Origin: an uncultured Clostridia bacterium
Lineage (GTDB): Bacteria; Bacillota; Clostridia; Christensenellales; Aristaeellaceae
Direction: 5' to 3'
Assembly: GCA_937907055.1 (NCBI GenBank)
Contig: CALCTW010000042.1
Coordinates: 1 to 21,288, forward strand
Length of the DNA stretch: 21,288 bases
Below the pieces are notes generated by a model. It was not told where the DNA came from and ran no database searches. It saw nothing but the letters and a program-made list of their open reading frames with translations. The stretch's first letter is position 1. The number at the start of each line of letters is the position of its first letter. The position numbers and the translations under genes are program-made. Positions 8,502 to 16,634 of the stretch are shown here, in pieces.

Positions 8502-10241
8502 ATGAAGCTGATACTCCGGTATATGAAACAGGTGAAATGGCGCATCCTGTTTGGGATGTTCATCAAATTCCTGGGAACGATGACCGAACTGATGGTGCCG
8601 TATGTGATGGAGCACCTGATCGATAACGTGGCGCCGAACAAGGAAATGGGGGCCATTCTGCTGTGGGGCGCCATCATGCTGCTGCTGGTGTTTGTTACGC
8701 GTGTGCTGAATGTGACGGCCAACCGCCGCGCTGTGCGCACCGCGCAGCACTGTACCTATGATCTGCGGCAGGAGCTTTTCTTCCGCACCCTGTGCCTTTC
8801 CGGCAATCAGGTGGATCAGATCGGCCTGCCCTCGCTGATCTCCCGCATGACCAGTGACAGCTATAATGTGCAGAATTTTATCCGCATGTTCCAGACCATG
8901 GGCATCCGCGGCCCCATCATCCTGCTGGGCGGCATCTGTGTAACGCTCACCATGGATGTAGGTCTGGCGGCCATCCTGTGCATCCTCGCGCCCATCATGA
9001 TCGTGCTGGTCTCCTGGATCAGCATGAAGGGCGTGCCTTTGTATAACAAGGTGCAGCAACGCATGGATGAGATCGTGCGCGTGATGCGCGAAGGTATCAC
9101 AGGCATCCGCGTGGTGAAGGCGCTGTCCAAGGAACAGCACGAGAAGGATCGCTTTGCCGCCGCCAATGACGAAATGACACGGCAGGATCGCCGCGCCGGG
9201 ATCGTAATGGCGCTGCCGGGCCCCCTGCTGACCATGGCGCTCAATATCGGTCTGGTCATCGTTGTGGTGGTGGGCGCGAACCGCGTCAACGCCGGTCTGA
9301 CCAAGCCGGGCGTGATCCTGGCGTTTCTCACCTATTTCAATATGATCCTGAACGGCGTGATGGGCGTGACGAGGATCTTCCTGCAGATGAGCAAGGCCAA
9401 CGCCAGCGCGAACCGTATCGATGAAGTGCTGCAGTGCGGCGAGGATCTGCCGGTGCTGCCGGAAGCGGAAGGCGAAAAGCCCGCGCGGGAGGGCATGATC
9501 GTGTTTGATCATGTGTCCTTTGCCTACGGCGCGGCGGAGCAGCCTGTGAATGAAGAGCGCCGCATGGCGGTGCGGGATATCACCCTGAGCGTGCAAAAGG
9601 GCGGGTCGCTGGGCATCATCGGGGCCACCGGCAGCGGCAAGACCACGCTGATCAATCTGCTGATGCGCTTTTATGATGTGACGAGCGGACACATTTATGT
9701 GAACGGAAAGGATATCCGTACATATGACCGCAACGAACTGAGACGGATGTTCGGCGTGGTGTTCCAGAATGACATGATCTTTGCCGATACGCTGGAGGAG
9801 AATATCGCCTTTGGCCGCACGGCGGATCCGGAGGAGATGCGGCGCGCGCTGCGTGACGCGCAGGCGGCTTTCGTGGATGAATATGAAGATGGTCTGCAGC
9901 ATGAGGCGGCCATCCGCGGCAGCAATTTCTCCGGCGGTCAGCGGCAGCGTCTGCTGATCAGCCGCGCGCTGGCCAAGAAGCCTTAGATTCTCATCCTGGA
10001 CGATGCCTCTTCCGCGCTGGATTACCGCACCGACGCGCAGCTGCGCCATGCCGTGCGCGAGCATTATGCTGACAGCACCACGGTGATCATCGCGCAGCGC
10101 GTGAGCAGCATCATGAGCCTGGATCATATCCTGTACCTTGAAAGCGGATCGGTCGCCGGCTACGGCACGCATGAGGAATTGCTGCGCACCTGTCCGGCAT
10201 ACCGCGCCATCTATGAGGCGCAGATGGGGGAGGGCGCGTGA
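8502..10241 (+). pseudogene. ABC exporter permease/ATPase half-transporter (degenerate-site subunit) interrupted by one in-frame TAG at 9984-9986
   Basis: ATG 8502 with AAAGGA upstream. Six-TM exporter domain, then an NBD with Walker A GATGSGKTTL and signature [8 protein letters not shown]. TAG falls in ..[18 protein letters not shown]... The same frame continues through Walker B (LILDD, Asp instead of the catalytic Glu) and the H-loop position (IIAQR) to TGA at 10239-10241. Track ORFs 8472..9986 and 10053..10241 are in the same frame. Confidence 0.8.
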
Positions 10242-10242
10242 T

Positions 10243-12012
10243 ATGGCAGGATTGACATTCTCTCAGAAGCCGCACAATACAAAAGGCACCCTCCGCCGCC
10301 TGCTCTCGTATCTGGGGCAGTATAAGCTCATGATCGCGGCGGTGCTCATTCTTTCCGTGATCGGCAATATCCTTTCCCTGATCGGCCCCGGCATGGCGGG
10401 CAATGCCATCAACGAGGCGGCGGCCGGTGAGGGACAGGTAAACTTTGAACGCGTGGGCTATTACGCCGTGCGTATGTTCATCTGCTATCTGTTCTCCTCG
10501 CTCATCACCATTGCCATCCATGTGCTCATGATGTATGTTTCGCGCTGGATCGGGCGCAAGATGCGCAAGGATGTCTTTGAAAAACTGATGCGCATGAAGG
10601 TGGGCTATTTCGATCGTCATCAGGCCGGTGATATCATCTCCCGTGTGTCGTATGATATCGATGTCATCACCACCTGTGTTTCCACCGATCTTGTACAGAT
10701 CGTGACCAGCGTGGTCACGGTGCTGGGCTCCTTTGTGATGATGATGATCATCTCCCTGCCCATGAGCGCTGTGGTCACCGTCACCATTCCGGTATCCATT
10801 CTGTACACCGTCTATATGCGAAAGAAGACCCGTCCGCTCTACTCCCGCCGCTCTAAGAATTACGGTATCATGAACGGCTTTGTGGAAGAGATGTTCGCCG
10901 GGCAGAAGACCATTCAGGCCTACGCCAATGAGGACCGCACCAATGACCGCTTCCGCACGGTGAACGGCAACGCCGCCGAGGCCTACGGCAATGCCGAGCA
11001 TTACGGCGCTTCCATCGGCCCTACCAATACCGCCATCAATAACCTGACCCTGGCCATCATCGCCACGCTGGGCAGCATTCTGTATATGCTGTATGAAGGC
11101 GTTACGCTGGGCACCATTTCGTCCTTCGTGCTGTACTCCCGCAAGTTCGCGGGCCCGATCAATGAGATCGCCAACGTGATGAACGAGATCTTCTCCGCCA
11201 TTTCCGCGGCGGAGCGTGTGTTTGAACTGCTGGATGAGGAAGAGGAACCCGCGGATGTGCCCGGCGCGCTGCTGCTGAGCGCTGTGCGCGGCGATGTGGA
11301 GATCGATCATGTCTCCTTCGGTTATGATCCCGGACGCATTATCCTGCATGATCTTTCCCTGAACGCGCCCTCCGGCCGCCTGATCGCCATCGTGGGGCCG
11401 ACAGGCGCGGGCAAGACCACCATCATCAATCTGCTGATGCGCTTCTATGACCCGGCTTCGGGCGTGATCCGCGTGGACGGGCATCCCATCTGTGAATGCA
11501 CGCTCGGCAGCCTGCGCGGCGCGTATGCCATGGTGCTGCAGGAGACCTGGGTGTTCCATGGCACCATCTTTGAAAACATCGCCTACGGCCGTGAAAACGC
11601 GACGATGGAGGAAGTGGTGGCTGCCGCCAAAGCCGCGCGCATCCATCACTTCATCATGACGCTGCCGGACGGCTATGAGACGGTGATCAACGAAGAGGGC
11701 ACCAACATCTCCAAGGGTCAGAAGCAGCTGCTCACCATCGCGCGGGCCATGCTGTATGACTGCCGCATGCTCATTCTGGATGAAGCCACCTCCAATGTGG
11801 ATACGGGCACGGAAAAGGAAGTGCAGTCCGCCATGCGTGAGCTGATGAAGGGGAAGACCTGCTTCGTGATCGCGCACCGCCTGTCTACCATCCGCAATGC
11901 CGATCACATCCTCGTGCTGGAGCACGGCGATGTGGTGGAGTCCGGCACGCATGCCGAGCTGATGGCGAAGCAGGGCGCGTACCGCAGGCTGTATTCCGCG
12001 CAGTTTGAGTGA
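10243..12012 (+). CDS. ABC exporter permease/ATPase half-transporter (consensus-site subunit)
   Basis: ATG 10243 lies 1 nt after the upstream TGA, with SD GGGGGAGGG (10226-10234). TMD plus NBD with Walker A GPTGAGKTTI, Walker B LILDEATS with catalytic Glu, and H-loop IAHRLST, but a degenerate signature ISKGQKQ. TGA at 12010-12012. Confidence 0.88.
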   Translation: MAGLTFSQKPHNTKGTLRRLLSYLGQYKLMIAAVLILSVIGNILSLIGPGMAGNAINEAAAGEGQVNFERVGYYAVRMFICYLFSSLITIAIHVLMMYVSRWIGRKMRKDVFEKLMRMKVGYFDRHQAGDIISRVSYDIDVITTCVSTDLVQIVTSVVTVLGSFVMMMIISLPMSAVVTVTIPVSILYTVYMRKKTRPLYSRRSKNYGIMNGFVEEMFAGQKTIQAYANEDRTNDRFRTVNGNAAEAYGNAEHYGASIGPTNTAINNLTLAIIATLGSILYMLYEGVTLGTISSFVLYSRKFAGPINEIANVMNEIFSAISAAERVFELLDEEEEPADVPGALLLSAVRGDVEIDHVSFGYDPGRIILHDLSLNAPSGRLIAIVGPTGAGKTTIINLLMRFYDPASGVIRVDGHPICECTLGSLRGAYAMVLQETWVFHGTIFENIAYGRENATMEEVVAAAKAARIHHFIMTLPDGYETVINEEGTNISKGQKQLLTIARAMLYDCRMLILDEATSNVDTGTEKEVQSAMRELMKGKTCFVIAHRLSTIRNADHILVLEHGDVVESGTHAELMAKQGAYRRLYSAQFE

Positions 12013-12355
12013 TACTCATCTCAGATCAAAAACGCCCGTCCTGCTCGTCTCTTTTCCGCCCCGGCTGTGCTTCAATGCGGTCAACGCAGCGCTGCTGCGC
12101 CTCCCTCCATTCAGCTTTGCCGGAACAAAAAACAGATGTCGCATTTCCGGGCGTTTTGATTTGTTCTTCGTATCGTTGGGGGCACGAAATGGTGCGGGCC
12201 GGGTTGTTTTCTCTTTGTCAATAATAGAAAATTGTCGCTTCTTATCTATAAGCAGGTAAAAACAGTATGCGAATACAATACGATTTATACGTATGGTCAG
12301 AAGCGGAAAAAAGGATGGAGTGAGCAATTCCGACAGCTTGTTAAGGACATAGGCG

Positions 12356-12414
12356 AATAAAAACAGGGGTCTGTTATGCGTTGCTTCGCTGTAGGCGCAA
12401 TGCATAGCAGACCC
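12356..12414 (-). terminator. Long hairpin with a T-tract on the minus strand (candidate distal terminator of the esterase transcript)
   Basis: 18-bp stem GGGTCTGTTATGCGTTGC (12367-12384) / GCAATGCATAGCAGACCC (12397-12414) including two G-U pairs, with a 12-nt loop. On the minus strand it is followed by TGTTTTTATT. It lies ~220 nt downstream of the esterase stop. Confidence 0.55.
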
Positions 12415-12638
12415 TTTGACATAAAAAAACAAAGAGAAGCGGAAGTGTTTGAGCATCGTGTCAAAGATCACATCGCAGTAAGCAAAATAATCATTTTTGA
12501 ACGCTTTGCTGACAGGAAAACACCGGCAGACGCTGTGGCAGCATAGCCGGCAGATTGAAAATATGCGTTGTGTTTTATAGGGTATAGAAATGGGGGTTAC
12601 AGAGTAACGTTTTGAAAGAGGCGCTGAGTCAGTTATTG

Positions 12639-13541
12639 TTACTCTTTAACCGGCCACAGCAGCGGTAGGGCGAAGTACAGATCCTCCCAGATGGCCTCGT
12701 AGCAATGGTACGCGCCTTCGTGCACAGAGAAGCGCAGATTGCCTTCCGCGCCGGGATCGCTGATGAAGGTCTCGGTCCGCTTCGCCAGCGCGAGCATCTG
12801 CGGCTTCAGATTCGGATAGGCGATATCGTTGGAGCCGGTCATGGCGCAGATGAAGAATTCGGGCGTGCCCTGCGCCTGAACGGCCTTTGTGATCGCGTCC
12901 GCGGTGCCCTCCGGATCGGTACCGCCGCCCAGACGGCCTTTCACCCAGCTGTCACCGCTCATGGGCAGGAAAACGGAGAAGCAGTTCAGGCAATGCATGA
13001 ACACCTCCCATGTGGTCACCGAGCCCATGGAGAAGCCGCCGAACGCGCGGCGCGCGCGGGAAGCCTGAAAGCCTTCCCGGTCTGCTGTTCCGGCATAGGT
13101 GGAAAAACGGCTTTCCACCGCGGGCATCAGATAGCGGATCAGCTCGTCCGGCACATCTCTGACCAGCTCGCCCGAATGCTCCGGCGAGGTATCGGTATCG
13201 TCCGCCGGGTAGAAGGTGGGGGTGACTACGAGGATCGGCTGCAGCTTCTTTTCCATGATCAGGTGATCCAGCAGCCGCCGGAAGATGCCGTCGGGATCGC
13301 CCAGACAGGTGTGATAATTTCCGCCGCCGCCGTGCATCATATAAAAGATATCATACGGCCGCGCGGCGTCATAGCCGAAGGGTGTGTAGACAAGGGCATC
13401 CTTGCCTGTGTCGTCCCCGATGCGGTAGGTGATATGATGAAGCGTTCCGCGTTCTTCTGCTTCTGTTTCATAAGCCTTCGGGAGAGGCTGAATGCGCGGA
13501 TCCGGATCGAACAGACCGGGAGTGAGTAAGCCATACTGCAT
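12639..13541 (-). CDS. Alpha/beta-hydrolase, putative-esterase family (esterase D / feruloyl-esterase-like)
   Basis: Start ATG at 13541 with AGGAGG 7 nt upstream; the track start at 13655 lies upstream of the promoter. Oxyanion-type HGGGG and nucleophile elbow GFSMGS. TAA at 12639-12641. Confidence 0.8.
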   Translation of the reverse strand: MQYGLLTPGLFDPDPRIQPLPKAYETEAEERGTLHHITYRIGDDTGKDALVYTPFGYDAARPYDIFYMMHGGGGNYHTCLGDPDGIFRRLLDHLIMEKKLQPILVVTPTFYPADDTDTSPEHSGELVRDVPDELIRYLMPAVESRFSTYAGTADREGFQASRARRAFGGFSMGSVTTWEVFMHCLNCFSVFLPMSGDSWVKGRLGGGTDPEGTADAITKAVQAQGTPEFFICAMTGSNDIAYPNLKPQMLALAKRTETFISDPGAEGNLRFSVHEGAYHCYEAIWEDLYFALPLLWPVKE

Positions 13542-13626
13542 AAGGGGCCTCCTGTGTTGATATTGATCGGAAAAGGCACACAGACGATCGCCTGTGTTCT
13601 TTCGCGTTTGCCGTTCGCTGTGATTG

Positions 13627-13655
13627 ATTATAGCACGGCATCTTTCAGCAGACAA
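13627..13655 (-). promoter_or_regulatory. Promoter of the esterase gene (minus strand)
   Basis: On the minus strand: -35 TTGTCT (13655-13650), 17-nt spacer ending in TGC (extended -10), -10 TATAAT (13632-13627). Located about 85 nt upstream of ATG 13541. Confidence 0.6.
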
Positions 13656-13817
13656 GCAGAGGGACAGCAGAAAGAGAACAAACCGCGAAAACGCGTCTCC
13701 GCCGATAATATCTCATGGTAGATGGGATCCTGAAAATGGTCAGACAGGCTCAGGAAAAAGCGGTTCCGATGCGCTGACATGGTCCGATCGTCCGTTTGAA
13801 AAGTGTGTGAACACAAC

Positions 13818-13892
13818 AAAAAAACTTACCTTTTCGGTAAACTTCTTTGCAGGAACGCTGTTCCTGATCTGTGTTGGGGAACAAGCGTTCCT
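13818..13892 (-). terminator. Hairpin cluster downstream of the LysR gene (probable terminator region)
   Basis: Two self-complementary, mutually inverted elements: AGGAACGCTGTTCCT (13851-13865) and GGAACAAGCGTTCCT (13878-13892). Then TTACC-TTTTC-GGTAA (13826-13840), followed on the minus strand by T7 (13824-13818). Confidence 0.4.
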
Positions 13893-13917
13893 CTCATTAA
13901 CATGTTGTCATGGATAT

Positions 13918-14784
13918 TCAGCCATTCCTGATCCTGTCAATGAACAGCCTTGCTGCCTTTGAAAAATACGCGTACTTTTTGGTCACGATAAATGCTTCGA
14001 GCTTTACTTCCGTATCAAGCGGAATGAAGCGTAAGTTACGTCCCTCTGTATTCACCAGATCAGCCAGCGTGAAGGCATACCCCAGCCCCTGTTCGACCAT
14101 GTAGGTTGCGTTGGTGATCAGGTTGTAGCTGCCAATGGCATGGAGCATACTCAGATCAACGCCGCCAAGGTCGTGTGTACCGCCCGCAATCTGCGCCGGA
14201 ACCAGGATCGGCAGATCTGCCATTTCATGAAGGGAAATGGCCGTCCGTTCCGCAAGAGAACAATCACCGGGAACAAGCAGACCAAATCGATCGTGCCTGC
14301 CGAGATCTATGTAGTCATATTTTTCATGAAAGAAGGGGCCAAGCAGCAGACCGGCATCCAGCAAGCCTTTGTCCAACCGCTCCAGCACGGCCTCCGCATC
14401 ACCGCTGTAGATATGGAAACGAACGCCGGGATGCTCCTTCTGAATATCCCGCAGCACTGCGCTGATCCTGGCCATGATGTGTGTCTCGCCGCAGCCCAGA
14501 TAGATGTCCCCTGTGATACTGCCTGTATCAGACGTGAATTCCGACTCGATCTTGTTTGTCAGGTCGACCAATTCCTGCGCCCGCGCACGAAACAGCACGC
14601 CGTCTTCTGTCAGCAGCGTGCTTTTATTGGTGCGCTTGAACAGTTTGATGCCCAGCTGCTTTTCCAGCGCGGCGATCTGTGCAGAAAGAGCAGGCTGCGA
14701 AACATGCAGCTCTGCCGCCGCCTTGGTCATGTTCTGTTCTCTGGCAACCACCAGGAAGTATTCTACCAGACGTCCATCCAACAT
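13918..14784 (-). CDS. LysR-family transcriptional regulator
   Basis: N-terminal wHTH (LVEYFLVVAREQNMTKAAAELHVSQPALSAQIAALEKQLGIKLFKR) and a C-terminal substrate-binding domain. ATG 14784 with GGGAGG 8 nt upstream. TGA at 13918-13920. Divergent from the operon starting at 14924. Confidence 0.9.
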   Translation of the reverse strand: MLDGRLVEYFLVVAREQNMTKAAAELHVSQPALSAQIAALEKQLGIKLFKRTNKSTLLTEDGVLFRARAQELVDLTNKIESEFTSDTGSITGDIYLGCGETHIMARISAVLRDIQKEHPGVRFHIYSGDAEAVLERLDKGLLDAGLLLGPFFHEKYDYIDLGRHDRFGLLVPGDCSLAERTAISLHEMADLPILVPAQIAGGTHDLGGVDLSMLHAIGSYNLITNATYMVEQGLGYAFTLADLVNTEGRNLRFIPLDTEVKLEAFIVTKKYAYFSKAARLFIDRIRNG

Positions 14785-14844
14785 CGAATCTACCTCCCTC
14801 TGCATGTATTATAGCAAATGCGCCATGTTTTGCAATAAGAAATC

Positions 14845-14861
14845 CTGATTGCAGCAATCAG
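14845..14861. promoter_or_regulatory. Perfect 8-1-8 palindrome, candidate LysR operator
   Basis: CTGATTGC-A-GCAATCAG lies in the 139-bp divergent intergenic region between the LysR gene and the redox operon. It contains T-N11-A-compatible dyad symmetry. Confidence 0.5.
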
Positions 14862-14923
14862 AACTGTGTATTTTACAGATAACAGAAAATCGCTTACACT
14901 ATAACCGGAAAGGATGATGCAGG

Positions 14924-15160
14924 ATGGAACAAAGCATGGAGCAGCGGCTGCGCTGTTATTTGAAAGACTGCGGCTGTTCTGCAGAGCAGGCTGCCGAATA
15001 TCTGAAGATGGCTGCATCCGGCAATGCGCGGGATCAGCTGATCTTTATGAAGCGACAGCGGAATATGGTCATGGACCGGCTGCATACTGCTGCAAGACAG
15101 GTGGACTGCATCGATTATGTGATACGCGAACTGGAACAGGAGGTCAATCATCATGGCTGA
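14924..15160 (+). CDS. Small (78 aa) predicted all-helical, Cys-containing hypothetical protein
   Basis: Coding-like, with heptad-like helical sequence (..DQLIFMKRQRNMVMDRLHTAARQVDCIDYVIRELEQE..). Its stop overlaps the next start (ATGGCTGA, 15153-15160). ATG 14936 is an alternative start. No family recognised with certainty. Confidence 0.55.
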   Translation: MEQSMEQRLRCYLKDCGCSAEQAAEYLKMAASGNARDQLIFMKRQRNMVMDRLHTAARQVDCIDYVIRELEQEVNHHG

Positions 15161-15485
15161 CAAGATCATTCAGACCGCAGGTCGGGCTCAGCTCGGCGAC
15201 TTTGCACCGGAGTTTGCCCATTTTAATGACGACGTTCTCTTTGGTGAGAACTGGAACAACAGAGATATCGACCTGAAAACCCGCTGCATCATTACCGTTG
15301 TGGCCCTGATGTCATCAGGCATTACGGATTCATCGCTGACCTATCACCTGCAAAACGCCAAAGCTAACGGCGTGACCAAAGCTGAGATCGCGGCGATCGT
15401 GACGCATGTGGCGTTCTATGCCGGATGGCCCAAGGCATGGGCTGTGTTCCGGCTTGCAAAAGAAGTATGGAACGAGGAGGAATGA
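15153..15485 (+). CDS. Carboxymuconolactone decarboxylase (CMD/AhpD-like) family protein
   Basis: Typical CMD-family sequence (DLKTRCIITVVALMSSG..; EIAAIVTHVAFYAGWPKAW). SD AGGAGG (15138-15143). TGA at 15483-15485. Confidence 0.8.
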   Translation: MADKIIQTAGRAQLGDFAPEFAHFNDDVLFGENWNNRDIDLKTRCIITVVALMSSGITDSSLTYHLQNAKANGVTKAEIAAIVTHVAFYAGWPKAWAVFRLAKEVWNEEE

Positions 15486-15487
15486 AC

Positions 15488-16621
15488 ATGATTTATCGTC
15501 AATTCCAGGATCTTTCCCTGTCCGGTCTGGGTCTGGGCATGATGCGTCTGCCCGTGGTGGACGGCAACGACAATGTGGTGGATGAGCCTGCTGCCGCGGA
15601 GATGATCGACTATGCCTATACCCACGGCGTCAATTACTTCGATACCGCATGGGGCTATCACAACGGCAATTCTGAGCTGACCGCGGGCAAGTTCCTGAGC
15701 CGTTATCCCCGCGAAAGCTATTATCTGGCGTCCAAGTTTCCGGGCTACGACAACAGCAACATGCCCAAGGTTCGTGAGATCTTTGAAAAGCAGCTGGAGA
15801 AATGCCGGACACCGTATTTTGATTTCTATCTGTTCCACAATGTGTATGAGGGCAACATCGACGACTATCTGAATCCTGAATTCGGCATTCTCGACTACCT
15901 GCTGGAGCAGAAGAAAAATGGCCGCATTAAGCACCTGGGCTTCTCTGCACACGGCAGTGTTGCCGTCATCAAGCGTTTTCTGGCGGCCTACGGCGAGCAT
16001 ATGGAATTCTGCCAGCTGCAGGTGAACTACATGGACTGGCATTTCCAGGAGGCCGAAGCCAAGGTGAAGCTGATGCAGGAGGCAGGCATTCCTGTGTGGA
16101 TCATGGAGCCTCTGCGCGGCGGCAAGCTGGCCAAAGCCTCTGCTGAGAAAGAGACTGCTTTGCGCGCAATGCGTCCCGATGAAACGATCCCGGCCTGGGC
16201 ATTCCGTTTTCTGCAGAGCATTCCCGGTGTCACCGTGGTGCTGTCCGGTATGAGCAACATGGCGCAGCTGAAAGCCAACATTGATACCTGGACGGTTGAT
16301 GCCCCGCTGACCGAAACGGAGTTTGGTACGCTGGTCGCCCTCGCGGATGAGGAGACCAAGCGCGGCGGTTTGCCTTGCACTGCCTGCCATTACTGCACCG
16401 CCCATTGTCCCATGGAACTGCCGATCCCGGAGCTGATCGCCCTGTACAACGAACATAAGATCACCGGCGGCGGCTTCATCGCCCCTATGGCCGTTGGCAG
16501 CATGCCTGAAAACAAGCGCCCCGCGAACTGCATCGGCTGCCGCAGCTGTGAGCAGGTCTGCCCGCAGCAGATCAGGATCTCCGGGATGATGAAGGACTTT
16601 ACCGGCATGATCGGTATGTAA
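15488..16621 (+). CDS. Aldo/keto reductase fused to a C-terminal 2x[4Fe-4S] ferredoxin domain (COG1453-type oxidoreductase)
   Basis: AKR core (GVNYFDTAWGYHNGNSE..; ASKF). Two CxxCxxCxxxCP motifs (CTACHYCTAHCP, CIGCRSCEQVCP). GGAGG (15476-15480) is 7 nt before ATG 15488. ATG 15482 (ATGA overlap with the CMD stop) is an alternative start. TAA at 16619-16621. Confidence 0.85.
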   Translation: MIYRQFQDLSLSGLGLGMMRLPVVDGNDNVVDEPAAAEMIDYAYTHGVNYFDTAWGYHNGNSELTAGKFLSRYPRESYYLASKFPGYDNSNMPKVREIFEKQLEKCRTPYFDFYLFHNVYEGNIDDYLNPEFGILDYLLEQKKNGRIKHLGFSAHGSVAVIKRFLAAYGEHMEFCQLQVNYMDWHFQEAEAKVKLMQEAGIPVWIMEPLRGGKLAKASAEKETALRAMRPDETIPAWAFRFLQSIPGVTVVLSGMSNMAQLKANIDTWTVDAPLTETEFGTLVALADEETKRGGLPCTACHYCTAHCPMELPIPELIALYNEHKITGGGFIAPMAVGSMPENKRPANCIGCRSCEQVCPQQIRISGMMKDFTGMIGM

Positions 16622-16634
16622 AAGGAGCCTGACG

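Noticed and set aside
9984-9986. Pyrrolysine as the explanation for the in-frame TAG codons
   Set aside because: Neither host gene is a methylamine methyltransferase, the usual Pyl context. No pyl genes or PYLIS-like element are visible in the window. This cannot be excluded without the rest of the genome, so the finding is framed only as generic amber readthrough or reassignment.
8457-11952. 571-aa and 613-aa minus-strand ORFs antisense to the two ABC exporter genes
   Set aside because: Same antisense-shadow behaviour. They have no SD sites or motifs, and the sense strand encodes complete TMD-NBD proteins.
12025-12160. Miniature inverted-repeat transposable element bounded by ATCAAAAACGCCCG / CGGGCGTTTTGAT
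   Set aside because: I could see no target-site duplication and no second copy in the window. The arms look like an ordinary terminator stem (A-run, GC stem, T-run), so a split or extended terminator is as likely.
12016-12471. 151-aa minus-strand ORF in the convergent spacer as a real gene
   Set aside because: It has no SD, has a GTG start with no supporting context, is read through an 18-bp hairpin, and its 3' part overlaps the GC-rich tail next to the exporter stop. It is kept only as an oddity (a long stop-free frame) in the findings.
13624-13962. 112-aa plus-strand ORF, and the 63-aa minus ORF at 13628..13819, between the esterase and LysR genes
   Set aside because: They span the predicted esterase promoter and the LysR terminator hairpins and overlap the LysR 3' end. 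They have no SD and no recognisable family.
14914-15276. 120-aa alternative-frame ORF overlapping the small ORF and the CMD gene
   Set aside because: It runs across two better-supported genes in another frame, and its Ala/Gly/Arg/Cys-rich translation looks non-coding.
14924-15485. Two small overlapping ORFs as a toxin-antitoxin or defence pair
   Set aside because: The second ORF is a recognisable CMD/AhpD-family protein, and the pair is embedded in a redox operon. No toxin-like fold or nuclease/kinase motif is present.
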